From positions 224,001 to 288,000 of the forward strand of contig CBDFLQ010000006.1 of NCBI GenBank assembly GCA_965249275.1: a DNA stretch of 64,000 nucleotides, given 5' to 3'. Source of the DNA: Dehalococcoidia bacterium (GTDB taxonomy: Bacteria > Chloroflexota > Dehalococcoidia > Plut-88900). The position numbers and the translations under genes were made by a program. This document shows positions 50,212-58,864 of the stretch, in pieces (position 1 is the first letter of the stretch; every line of letters begins with the position of its first letter). The notes beneath the pieces were generated by a model. The model saw nothing but the letters and a program-made list of their open reading frames with translations. It was not told the origin of the DNA and made no database searches.

Positions 50212-50735
50212 GGAGGAACCAAAAACCCAGGGAAGCCCACCCGACCCACCCGAGGACTCAACGCCTCAGCCCATCCCAACGGCCCTCGCGCAGGCCCGCG
50301 GCACAAGCAAACGCCGCCATCTCCTCACCCCACGGGTCCCGTGTACCCTTCCCTGACACCCAGGCGATGGAAGGCCCATCGACTCTAAGCAGCATGTAGG
50401 CTTGCGAGACCGGCCTACTCGACGCACCTCTCACCCGGCGCGTTCGAGTCAACGCTATGCGCATAGCCCGCGAATATACGGGGCCCTCCATTGCAGGGCT
50501 CGCCAGGGGGCTTCGCGCCCCCGGCTCTGACTCCACCGTCGTTCCCTTCGGAGATTCCCACCCCCAGCGGCGGAAGTTGAGTCGTACTCCCATCCCTCCG
50601 AGATGGTCGAGTAGCGTCTTGCGGACGAGACACCCCGCCTCTCTCGTCCGCCTCAGTAAAGACACGTGGGGTAATCGCAGGCTGGCCTCCCGCCCCTGCC
50701 CAAGAGTCCCGGACCTTCCGTCGCCTTCCCCCTCC
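50212..50735. ncRNA. Candidate large structured non-coding RNA of unknown class (G-U pairs favour - strand)
   Basis: Nested end-to-end helices and about 10 adjacent internal hairpins (see findings); no credible ORF. Confidence 0.5.
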
Positions 50736-50816
50736 AAAAAACAAACAACGAACCCAAACCCCACAACCGAATACCCCCACCGATACGGCCCTATCCTGCT
50801 GGACAAGCGCACCGCG

Positions 50817-50846
50817 TTGACTACCCCACCCCCTACCCCCTAAAAT
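50817..50846 (+). promoter_or_regulatory. Sigma70-type promoter for a near-leaderless TPR gene
   Basis: TTGACT-N18-TAAAAT, 12 nt before ATG 50859; no SD. Confidence 0.55.
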
Positions 50847-50858
50847 TTACCTAAACCC

Positions 50859-52307
50859 ATGCAAGACAGATACGGCCTCCCCATCACCACGAATTCAGCC
50901 AAGGCCGCCGACCTTTTCGTCGAGGGCCTGGACCTCCTCCTTTCCATGAACATCGGCTCCTTGGAGCGCATTAGGGAAGCCGTCGAAGCTGACGACTCCT
51001 TCGCCACGGCCTACGCCACCCTCGCCTACCGCTACATGGTCGAAGGCAAGGTTAAAGAAGCACGAGAGAACATCTTACACGCCGAGGCCCGCGCCTCTGG
51101 CCTCACCCGCCGAGAGCGCCTCTACGTCGCCGTAATCGATGCCTATGTCCACAGTTCCGGCCCCCGAGCCCTTAGCCTGATGAAAGAGTATCTCTGGGAG
51201 TTCCCCAGGGACATACTCATACTCTACATAGCCAACAACCTGCTCTTCTATGGATGCAGCGGTGGCGGCTCCAAGAGTTATCCTGCAGACCAACTCGCCC
51301 TATGCAGTGAGGTGGCCTCTCACTACGGCGATGACTGGGCATTCCAGAGCCGCTATTCCTTCGCACACCACGAATCAGGTATTCTCGACGAGGCCCTTCG
51401 CCTCGCCGAGGCCTCTCTCAAGACACGTCCCGACAACGCCGACGCTTCCCATTCCGTCGCTCACGTCCTATTCGAAAGAGGCGCCTCCCCGGACGGAGCT
51501 CAATTCCTGGAAGAATGGACCAGGGACTACGACCGCCGAGCTCCCTTTTACGTCCACCTGGCCTGGCATTACTGCCTCTTCGAGCTCTCCCAAGGCCACT
51601 ACAACAAGGTCTTGGACCTTTACAACAGCCGCATTCAACCTGCCGTTGCCTCAGGGGACGGTGGGGCCCTCGCCGACGCCGCAGCCATCGTGTGGAGAAT
51701 GATGCTCTACTCGGACACAGTGCCTCAGATCGACTGGAAGGCACTCTGTTCCCTGGCCGAACCCTCCATCAGCACCGAGGGTACAGCCTACCGGGACGTC
51801 CACGCTGCCCTGGCCTTCGCCGGAGCTAACGATTGGGAGAAAATGACCGCTCTCCTTGACCGCTTCCAGGCCCGAGCCGCCTCCGGCGACACCCTCGCCT
51901 CCGAGATCATGGTCCCTCTTATGAAGGGCCTCCAACTCTTCGCCCACGAACGTCCTCAGGAATCCCTGGAATTGTTGGAACCTCTATTCGGCCCTGCAGT
52001 AATGGACCAGCTTGCCCGCGTTGGTGGCAGTCACGCCCAAAGGGAAGTGCTTGAGGACACCCTCGTAACCTGTTTCCTGGAAACGGAACAATTCGACAAG
52101 GCCAAGTCGATGCTCAACACCCGGCTCTCCCGCCGCCCCTCCCCCCGAGACCTCTTCTGGCTGGCCCGCGCGCAGACCGGTCTTGGCGACTCCGAGGCCG
52201 CCCAGCGCGACCTTGCACAAGCCAACGTCGAATGGACCAACTTCAACCATGACCCCGACTCCCCGGAACTGGCCCGTCTCCGCGCCTCTGTAGCAAGCCC
52301 CCGCTAG
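50859..52307 (+). CDS. Tetratricopeptide-repeat protein, TTC38-like
   Basis: DRYGLPITT, HSVAHVLFE, VHLAWH, GGSHAQR motifs; helical repeats. Confidence 0.8.
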   Translation: MQDRYGLPITTNSAKAADLFVEGLDLLLSMNIGSLERIREAVEADDSFATAYATLAYRYMVEGKVKEARENILHAEARASGLTRRERLYVAVIDAYVHSSGPRALSLMKEYLWEFPRDILILYIANNLLFYGCSGGGSKSYPADQLALCSEVASHYGDDWAFQSRYSFAHHESGILDEALRLAEASLKTRPDNADASHSVAHVLFERGASPDGAQFLEEWTRDYDRRAPFYVHLAWHYCLFELSQGHYNKVLDLYNSRIQPAVASGDGGALADAAAIVWRMMLYSDTVPQIDWKALCSLAEPSISTEGTAYRDVHAALAFAGANDWEKMTALLDRFQARAASGDTLASEIMVPLMKGLQLFAHERPQESLELLEPLFGPAVMDQLARVGGSHAQREVLEDTLVTCFLETEQFDKAKSMLNTRLSRRPSPRDLFWLARAQTGLGDSEAAQRDLAQANVEWTNFNHDPDSPELARLRASVASPR

Positions 52308-53551
52308 CGCACCCTCTCCCCGGCCCTGAACACCCCCACAACGTTCCCCAACACCTTCAGGTCCTGGGTCGGGTCGCCATCCACTAGCAGCAGGTCCGCC
52401 TCCTTGCCGGGTTCGATAGTTCCTATCTCACCCCCAAGCCCTAGCGCCAGTGCCGCATCCCTGGTCCCCGATAGAAATGCCTGCTCCGTCGGCATCCCCA
52501 CGTCCACCATGGAATCTAGCTCTCTGTGGAACTGCCCGAATGGGTACGCCCCCCACCCGCAGTCCGACCCCCCGATCAACCGCGCTCCCGCCGAGACCAG
52601 ATCCCGGAACACCTCTCCCCTCTGCCGGATCGTCTCTTCGTTATCCTCCAGCTCCATCCTCTCCTCAACCGAGATCGTACCCTCGTCCCTTTTCGCCTCC
52701 AGGGCCAACGTCGCCGCCCGACGTATGTGAATAGTCGGATTTATCCACACACCGGACTCCGCAATCCTCTCCCCTACCCTCGGGTCCCATCTGCTCACCC
52801 CATCTTCGTCCATGAAGTTGCAGTGGATGATCATGTCGACCCCGGCGTCCAGGCAATACACAACCGCCTGCGTGGAGATAGCATGTCCCGCCACCAGCTT
52901 CCCCCGAAGATGCGCTTCCTCCACAACCGCCCGAAGCTCTTCTACCGTGTACGACGCCCGTTCAGGCATGCTCCCTTGCGTCGTCCCTCCGCTCGTCATC
53001 ACCTTGATGAAGCTCGCCCCATTCTTGATCATCCTGCGCACTGCCGCCCTGACCCCATCCACGCCATCGGCCTCGGCCCCCATCATCCAGCAGTGGCCGC
53101 CGGTCATGGTCACCGGGTTCCCGCACGCCACGATCCTCGGCCCTGGGACTATGTCCCGCCGTATCCCTTCCATCAACGAGAATACGACCTTGTTCCAGCC
53201 TCCGTTGTCCCTCATCGTCGTCACCCCGCTCTCCAGGGCCATGCGCGCGCTCTTCACGGCTTCCATCAGGTGAATGTCATCCCCGTCTTCATGCACTTCA
53301 TCGACCGAAAGACCAGTGCCCGGCATATTCGTGTGCGTGTGGCAGTCGATCAAACCCGGCATCAGTGTCGACCCGGGAAAGTCCAGAACTGTCCCTTCAA
53401 TATCCCCGCACTGAGACAGCTCCGACTGTCGGGCCACCCACTCAATCCCTCCCCCCGACACCTTAACCGCCATCCTCTCCTGCACCACACCGCTCAAACC
53501 ATCCGCCAGCCTCCCCACCTTGATAATCGTCGGCTCACTGTTTCTGTTCAT
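52304..53551 (-). CDS. Amidohydrolase_1-family metallo-hydrolase (prolidase/imidazolonepropionase-like)
   Basis: LMPGLIDCHTH, IKVMTSGG, GHA, IIH, GSDCG, GTIEPGKEADL. Confidence 0.9.
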   Translation of the reverse strand: MNRNSEPTIIKVGRLADGLSGVVQERMAVKVSGGGIEWVARQSELSQCGDIEGTVLDFPGSTLMPGLIDCHTHTNMPGTGLSVDEVHEDGDDIHLMEAVKSARMALESGVTTMRDNGGWNKVVFSLMEGIRRDIVPGPRIVACGNPVTMTGGHCWMMGAEADGVDGVRAAVRRMIKNGASFIKVMTSGGTTQGSMPERASYTVEELRAVVEEAHLRGKLVAGHAISTQAVVYCLDAGVDMIIHCNFMDEDGVSRWDPRVGERIAESGVWINPTIHIRRAATLALEAKRDEGTISVEERMELEDNEETIRQRGEVFRDLVSAGARLIGGSDCGWGAYPFGQFHRELDSMVDVGMPTEQAFLSGTRDAALALGLGGEIGTIEPGKEADLLLVDGDPTQDLKVLGNVVGVFRAGERVR

Positions 53552-53651
53552 TGCTTCCCCTTTCTAAAACTCTCCCATCTCCCTCCATGATACCCTTCAG
53601 CACCTCTCCCGCACGGACTTGCTGGAAGGGCTCTATCCCCTCCTTCTCGAT

Positions 53652-53783
53652 AAGACATTTGCATAACCTACGCTGGAGGGGACGGGGCCGCTCGTGCTGA
53701 GGCTCTCGAAGTATGAGCGGTGGGAGGACGTAGGGTGATCTGGATCGCACCACAGGCGTTATCTGCAGTTACGCAAAGGTCCC
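53652..53783 (+). mobile_element. ~130-bp TIR element in loop of family D palindrome
   Basis: AAGACATTTGCATAAC...GTTACGCAAAGGTCCC; flanks TCGAT/TTGAC. Confidence 0.8.
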
Positions 53784-53820
53784 TTGACGGGAGAAGGCAA
53801 GAGTGAGAGTGCCCCCATCC

Positions 53821-55050
53821 TCAAGGCAACTTCCGAACCCTCGGCAAAACTATCCCCGACAACAAATTCGCAACCGCCAGTATGCCCCCGTTTATCAACA
53901 GTGCCCGCGGCGCCCCCAACACCCCCGCCAGTGCCCCGACCTCCAGGTGCCCCGACGGCGCAGTCCCTATCGCCAGCACCCAAGACCCCATCGCCCGGCC
54001 CCGATGCTCGTTCGGCACGTTCTGCTGCATCAGCGTCTTGTAAAGCGTATCCGCCGCAGTTGCACACGCATTCACCACTGCTATCACAAACAGGTAGAAG
54101 ATGAAGTTCTCATACAACGAAAATGCCGCAAGCCCAAGCCCGAATCCCCCCGCCGACAGGAACGCATACAACCCCTTCCTCCCGGAATTCCTCAACCTCG
54201 CCAAGCTCAACAACCCCGCCAGCCCTCCGACCTGGCTGGTAGCCGCCATTATCCCCAGCCCCACCTCCCCGACGCCAAGCACATCCTTTGCAAAAACCGG
54301 TAGCACGCTCTGATGCGTGAAGCCAAAAATCTCCGTAACCGCCGCAAGGTACATCAGGGTGAGCAACACCCTGTTTTGGCGGATGAGCCTCATCCAGCCC
54401 ATCAGGTTCTCGAACACAGGCCGCGGATGCACCACCGCCGACTGTCCCACCTCCCGGGTCCCCATCAGCACCCCCAACCCCACTACGTACGTCGCCGCTA
54501 TCAGCACGTACAACCCCGCGATACCCAACTCGTGAATCACAAATCCCGAGCCCAACGACCCAATCAGCGCCCCAATCCGGTGGCTCGAAGACATCAGCGC
54601 CAGTCCATTCAGGCTTCTATCCGGCCCCACAATGTCGTATGCATACGCCTGGCTCATCGTCCCGAAGAACGCCTTCAGGCTACCCGCCACCCCCGCCAAC
54701 AGGATTATCGGCCATACCCTGTCCAGATCGTTGAACATCAGCACTGCCATGATCACTGCCACCGCGCTGCCTCCGGCGTAGACGAACCGCAGAAACACCC
54801 TCCGGTTCACCCTGTCCGCCACCGACCCCGACACTATCCCCAGAAAGAAAAATGGCGCCATCCCCGCTGCAAACGCCACCCCGATGAGGAATGGAGAATT
54901 AGTCATTTCGAAGACCAGCCACCCCAGCGCCACCATCTCCATGCCCCAGCTCAGCGCGTGGAATACTCCCCCACCCCAGAGGAAACGAAAGTCCCGGTAG
55001 GCAAAAGATGCCCATACGCCTCTTGGCGCTGCGAAAGCTGTCTGAGCCAT
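53821..55050 (-). CDS. MFS transporter (MFS_3/DHA3-like)
   Basis: About 12 hydrophobic segments, GSVADRVNRR motif A, PNEHRGRAM. Confidence 0.9.
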   Translation of the reverse strand: MAQTAFAAPRGVWASFAYRDFRFLWGGGVFHALSWGMEMVALGWLVFEMTNSPFLIGVAFAAGMAPFFFLGIVSGSVADRVNRRVFLRFVYAGGSAVAVIMAVLMFNDLDRVWPIILLAGVAGSLKAFFGTMSQAYAYDIVGPDRSLNGLALMSSSHRIGALIGSLGSGFVIHELGIAGLYVLIAATYVVGLGVLMGTREVGQSAVVHPRPVFENLMGWMRLIRQNRVLLTLMYLAAVTEIFGFTHQSVLPVFAKDVLGVGEVGLGIMAATSQVGGLAGLLSLARLRNSGRKGLYAFLSAGGFGLGLAAFSLYENFIFYLFVIAVVNACATAADTLYKTLMQQNVPNEHRGRAMGSWVLAIGTAPSGHLEVGALAGVLGAPRALLINGGILAVANLLSGIVLPRVRKLP

Positions 55051-55107
55051 ATCAGTAAGTCTGCCTGCGACTCCCGGAGTCCAGGCGAGGAGAGTGGAGA
55101 TCGAGAC

Positions 55108-57534
55108 TTATTCCGGCACGCCCACCAGGCCCGCCTTCAGCATTGCCTCAATCTCTTCCGAAGAGTAACCCATCTCACCCAACACCTCCACCGTGTGTTC
55201 ACCTATCAATGCCGACGGTGGGTTGTCCACAGTCCCCGTCTCCGAAAAGTGCACCAGAACCCCCGGCTGCCTTAGCCCCGTGTAAACCGGGTGATCACCC
55301 TCATAAACCATCCCTGTCTCGATGGCATGAGCGTTCTCGTAAAACCCCTCCATGTTCCCTTGCGCCACCTTCACACACGGCACCCCCTTCTCCACAAGCC
55401 GAGCCTCCCACTCCCGCGCCGTGCCTTTTGCGAAAACGGCCGCTAGAACCCCGCACAATTCCTCGTTCCACGGGTCCATTACGGACGCCTCCTCGAATGT
55501 CACATCCGGCTCATCCCATTCTCCGCTCAGCACATCCTTCAGCCGCTCCCACTCCTTCTCTTGCACGCACGACAGGAACACCCACCCCTCCGCAGTCTCG
55601 TACATCCGATACAGCGCCGACATCCCATGAACTCCCGCGTCCGCCAAGGCCCGAGCCTTCTTCCCCTCGTATCGCATGAAGTCGTCCGACGTAGCCAGTG
55701 CCCCGGTCTTCATCAGGCTCAGATCGATCTTCTGCCCTTGACCCGTCCTGTCTCTATGATTCAACGCCATAAGCACGGCGACTGCCAGCATCAGCGCGTT
55801 CGTGTCGTCGCAGATCGCCGTCCTCAAAAAGATCGGCCCCCCCGACCTCCCCCCGTTCCAAGCCGTCAGCCCCGACATCGACTGAAACAGCGGATCGAAT
55901 CCCGGCTTCTTAGCCTCAGGGCCCGACGGCCCGTACGCAGTGCTGTGTACGTATATTATGTCGGGTCGAGTGGCTCGCGCCGACTCATAGTCGATTCCCA
56001 GCCGCTCCGCCACCCCGACCCTCATGTTATGCACCAAGACGTCGCTCTTCTCGATCAGCCTTCTGATCACCTCCCGAGACTCGGGCGCCTTCAGGTCAAG
56101 TGCCAGGTCCCTCTTCCCCCGATTTGACCCGAGAATGAGCATGGGAATACTGTGCGCCCCTTCTCCTTGGAGCGGCTCCACCTTTACGACGTCCGCCCCC
56201 AGATCGCACAAAGCCATTGGCCCCAGCGGCCCCGCAATGTACGCCGAGAAATCCAGCACCCTAAGCCCCCGCAACGGCGTCCGTCCTAGGGTGGGGACGG
56301 CGATCTCCGTTCGCCCTGAGCTTGTCGAAGGGTCGCAAGAAAGGATGGTGCCGTGGGGGCTCCATTCATCCTCCCGTTTAGGAAACACCTCCTCCGGCAA
56401 TGACGGGCCAGGCGTCTCCGCCCCATCTACAGGCGCAGGCCCGCGCACCTTACCCGGAGTCTCCGAGAAAATTATCGGGTGTCCCACCTGCTTCATGTCC
56501 CCCAGCACCGGGTCCTTCACATCCACTACCAGCCCGTTATGGTGCACCTGGGGCGCGTCCATATACTCCTGCGTGGTCAATACCGGCGCCATTGGCACGT
56601 CCCCCGCCTCCAGCACCTTGAGCCACTCCGCCCGAGGCCGCTCCCTCAACCTCCTCCCAATAATCTCAATCGCGGCGAGTCTAAACTCGTCCTCCGGCCA
56701 GCCCGTGGGGGCGGTATCAAATCGAGTGTCGACAACCAGTTCGGGAAGGTCCAGCGCGATGGCCAGCTTGTCCCAGAACCACTTCGTCAAACAGCCAATG
56801 TGTATCCACTTGTCGTCGGCGCACGGGTACATCCGGTACGCCGGCATTCCGCCGTGGGGATGGATGTTGTTCACGATGAAGGGAGGCAACTCGTTGGATA
56901 TGGGCAGCACTGGGTACCGGATAGCTATCGCCCCCTCGTACATGCTCGTCCACACCCGCTGCCCCACCCCCGTCTCATTCCGAACGTGCAGCGCCGCCAA
57001 TACCCCCTGTAAGGCAAGCATCACGGTTCCCAGGCTTGCTACCGGTGACGACACGTACACCGGCCCCGGCCTTACCCCCGCCTGCTCCGTCATTATCCCC
57101 GATGCCGCCGCAGCTATCCCCTCATATCCCGGCAGATTCTTTAGAGGCCCCTTCTCCCCGAAAGACGAGATCGAGCAGTAAATCACACCCGGGTTCCGCT
57201 CCCGCACAGCTCCATATCCGATCCCAATCCCATCCGCCACCCCAGCTCGCCAGCTCTCTAGCACAACGTCCGCCCGAGATGCCAACGCCAAAGCTCTCTC
57301 CACCTCCTCCCCCGACCTCAAGTCCAATGCGACGCTCTTCTTACCCCTGTTCCACACCCGAAACCCTGGCTCAGTCCCTAGTGGGTCTCCCTCCGGCCCC
57401 ACCACTTTGACTACATCCGCTCCGTAGTCGGCAAGGAGCATCGTGGTCAGCGCCCCCGGATACCCCCGCGAAAAATCGACCACCCGCAGCCCGGCCACCG
57501 GCCCCGAGGAACCTTCGCTATGCGTCCCTGCCAA
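55108..57534 (-). CDS. Tandem-duplicated CaiB/BaiF class III CoA-transferase (two domains)
   Basis: Two GLRV(V/L)DFS...GADVVKV...NRGK units joined by a linker. Confidence 0.9.
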   Translation of the reverse strand: MAGTHSEGSSGPVAGLRVVDFSRGYPGALTTMLLADYGADVVKVVGPEGDPLGTEPGFRVWNRGKKSVALDLRSGEEVERALALASRADVVLESWRAGVADGIGIGYGAVRERNPGVIYCSISSFGEKGPLKNLPGYEGIAAAASGIMTEQAGVRPGPVYVSSPVASLGTVMLALQGVLAALHVRNETGVGQRVWTSMYEGAIAIRYPVLPISNELPPFIVNNIHPHGGMPAYRMYPCADDKWIHIGCLTKWFWDKLAIALDLPELVVDTRFDTAPTGWPEDEFRLAAIEIIGRRLRERPRAEWLKVLEAGDVPMAPVLTTQEYMDAPQVHHNGLVVDVKDPVLGDMKQVGHPIIFSETPGKVRGPAPVDGAETPGPSLPEEVFPKREDEWSPHGTILSCDPSTSSGRTEIAVPTLGRTPLRGLRVLDFSAYIAGPLGPMALCDLGADVVKVEPLQGEGAHSIPMLILGSNRGKRDLALDLKAPESREVIRRLIEKSDVLVHNMRVGVAERLGIDYESARATRPDIIYVHSTAYGPSGPEAKKPGFDPLFQSMSGLTAWNGGRSGGPIFLRTAICDDTNALMLAVAVLMALNHRDRTGQGQKIDLSLMKTGALATSDDFMRYEGKKARALADAGVHGMSALYRMYETAEGWVFLSCVQEKEWERLKDVLSGEWDEPDVTFEEASVMDPWNEELCGVLAAVFAKGTAREWEARLVEKGVPCVKVAQGNMEGFYENAHAIETGMVYEGDHPVYTGLRQPGVLVHFSETGTVDNPPSALIGEHTVEVLGEMGYSSEEIEAMLKAGLVGVPE
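56307..56335 (+). repeat. Family B REP-like unit embedded in frame in the CoA-transferase linker
   Basis: CCGTTCGCCCTGAGCTTGTCGAAGGGTCG, translated as DPSTSSGRT. Confidence 0.7.
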
Positions 57535-57649
57535 AACTTCTATCCGACTTCCAATCTTTACGCTGCCCCTTCTGAAATCCGTCCTCCCCGTCTCATCTCC
57601 CCTATGCCCTTTCTTATGTCATTTCGAGGCACGTTTGCCGTGTCATTCC

Positions 57650-58705
57650 TGTAGATGTCAGGTAATTCGTTGACAGAATTAGAGAGATTTAAGGGTTTGC
57701 AAAGGGGTCTTTCCGTCCATTGCCTGGTGGGGTCTCTGAGTATTGTAGTAGATCAGGTATTGCTGAAGCTCGTCCTTCAGTTCCGAGACCGACTCGAAGG
57801 TTGTCCCCTCCAGCAGGTCCTCGTTCAAGGTTCTCCAGAACCGTTCTATCTTCCCGTTGGTCTGGGGCCTATAAGGGCGGGTGTAGCGGTGCTTTATGCC
57901 CAGTTCATTGAGCATGCGTTCCATAGGGTGGCCCTGGGTGTTCCTTGGGGAGGCCATCTCGGGGCCGTTGTCGGTGAGGATAGCCTCGAATTGGATGCCG
58001 TACTCCACGTTAAGGAAATTGATGGACTTCAGAGTAGCCAACATCACGGAGAGACTCTTGATGTCTCCAACCACTTCGGCCCAGGCCAGACGGGTGAAGG
58101 CGTCGATGAGGGCCACGAGGTAGTAGCGGTGCTTAGTGCCCACGATGGTATCCCGGCTGAGGTAGTGGCTGTCCAGGTGGCCCAGCTCTCCTGCCCGGGT
58201 CTTGATGATCTTGCGCTTCGACTGCTGCATCGGCTTTGTGAGCCTATTGAAACCGTGGCGTCTGGTGATGGCGTAGATGGTGGAGGGCTTAGGGGTGTTG
58301 TGTTTAAGGATGGGTTTGAGTATGGCATAGATCTCGTAACGGTTGGTACCGTTAAGGCGCTCGTTGATGACCTTCTGCTCAATGTAGGGCAGGGTGCGGC
58401 GGGACTTCCACCCGGGACCCCGCTTACGGGGGAGGAAGGCGTTGTCGGAGGGGGAGAGGAGGAACCGGTTGTAGTACTTGGCGAAGGTCTGACGGCTAGT
58501 GCCGTGGAAGGAGTAGAAGTCCTGGGCGAAGCGGAAACGGGGATGCTTCCCTGCCTTGACCAGTTGATACTCATGGATGAGGAACCGCCACTTCTGAATG
58601 TAGTTCCGTTCAAGGGTGAGGTCCTTGCTATTGTCTCGCATTCTCGCCTCCAGATTGGTGTTGGCCTCTTATACCAATCTGTCAACGAATTACCTAACAC
58701 TTACA
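57650..58705 (-). mobile_element. IS481-family insertion sequence, complete
   Basis: 28-bp TIRs TGTAGATGTCAGGTAATTCGTTGACAGA / TGTAAGTGTTAGGTAATTCGTTGACAGA (25/28), TGT ends, 5-bp target duplication ATTCC. Confidence 0.92.
57679..58641 (-). CDS. IS481-family DDE transposase (rve integrase core)
   Basis: GELGHLD, IDAFTR, LTDNG, RPYRPQTNGKIERF, YNTQRPH. Confidence 0.92.
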   Translation of the reverse strand: MRDNSKDLTLERNYIQKWRFLIHEYQLVKAGKHPRFRFAQDFYSFHGTSRQTFAKYYNRFLLSPSDNAFLPRKRGPGWKSRRTLPYIEQKVINERLNGTNRYEIYAILKPILKHNTPKPSTIYAITRRHGFNRLTKPMQQSKRKIIKTRAGELGHLDSHYLSRDTIVGTKHRYYLVALIDAFTRLAWAEVVGDIKSLSVMLATLKSINFLNVEYGIQFEAILTDNGPEMASPRNTQGHPMERMLNELGIKHRYTRPYRPQTNGKIERFWRTLNEDLLEGTTFESVSELKDELQQYLIYYNTQRPHQAMDGKTPLQTLKSL

Positions 58706-58724
58706 ATTCCGATGCGTTTTATTA

Positions 58725-58754
58725 CTGTCATTCCGAGGCTCCGCGAGGAATCTA
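58725..58754 (+). repeat. Family A REP-like repeat, copy 5
   Basis: Exact consensus, 19 bp from the IS end. Confidence 0.85.
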
Positions 58755-58864
58755 ACGCGTCAATCCCACAAAACCACCCCATTCACCACCACCCACCCCT
58801 AACCATAGACATCCCCACGCCCAACAACCTTCCAAACCCCATTAGGAATACACACCCCTCCCCC

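Noticed and set aside
50212-50735. RNase P RNA, SRP RNA or tmRNA identity for the structured block (GGAAGGTCCGGG on - strand resembles RNase P GGAAAGTCCGGG)
   Set aside because: Other RNase P elements (AGTGCCACAGAAA, ACAGAACCCGGCTTA), the SRP GGAAGGAAGCAGC motif and tmRNA tRNA-like ends are not present.
50258-50843. ORFs 50258-50812(-), 50415-50780(-) and 50457-50843(+)
   Set aside because: Low-complexity Arg/Gly/Pro-rich translations, no convincing RBS, no recognisable domains; expected by chance in GC-rich palindromic DNA.
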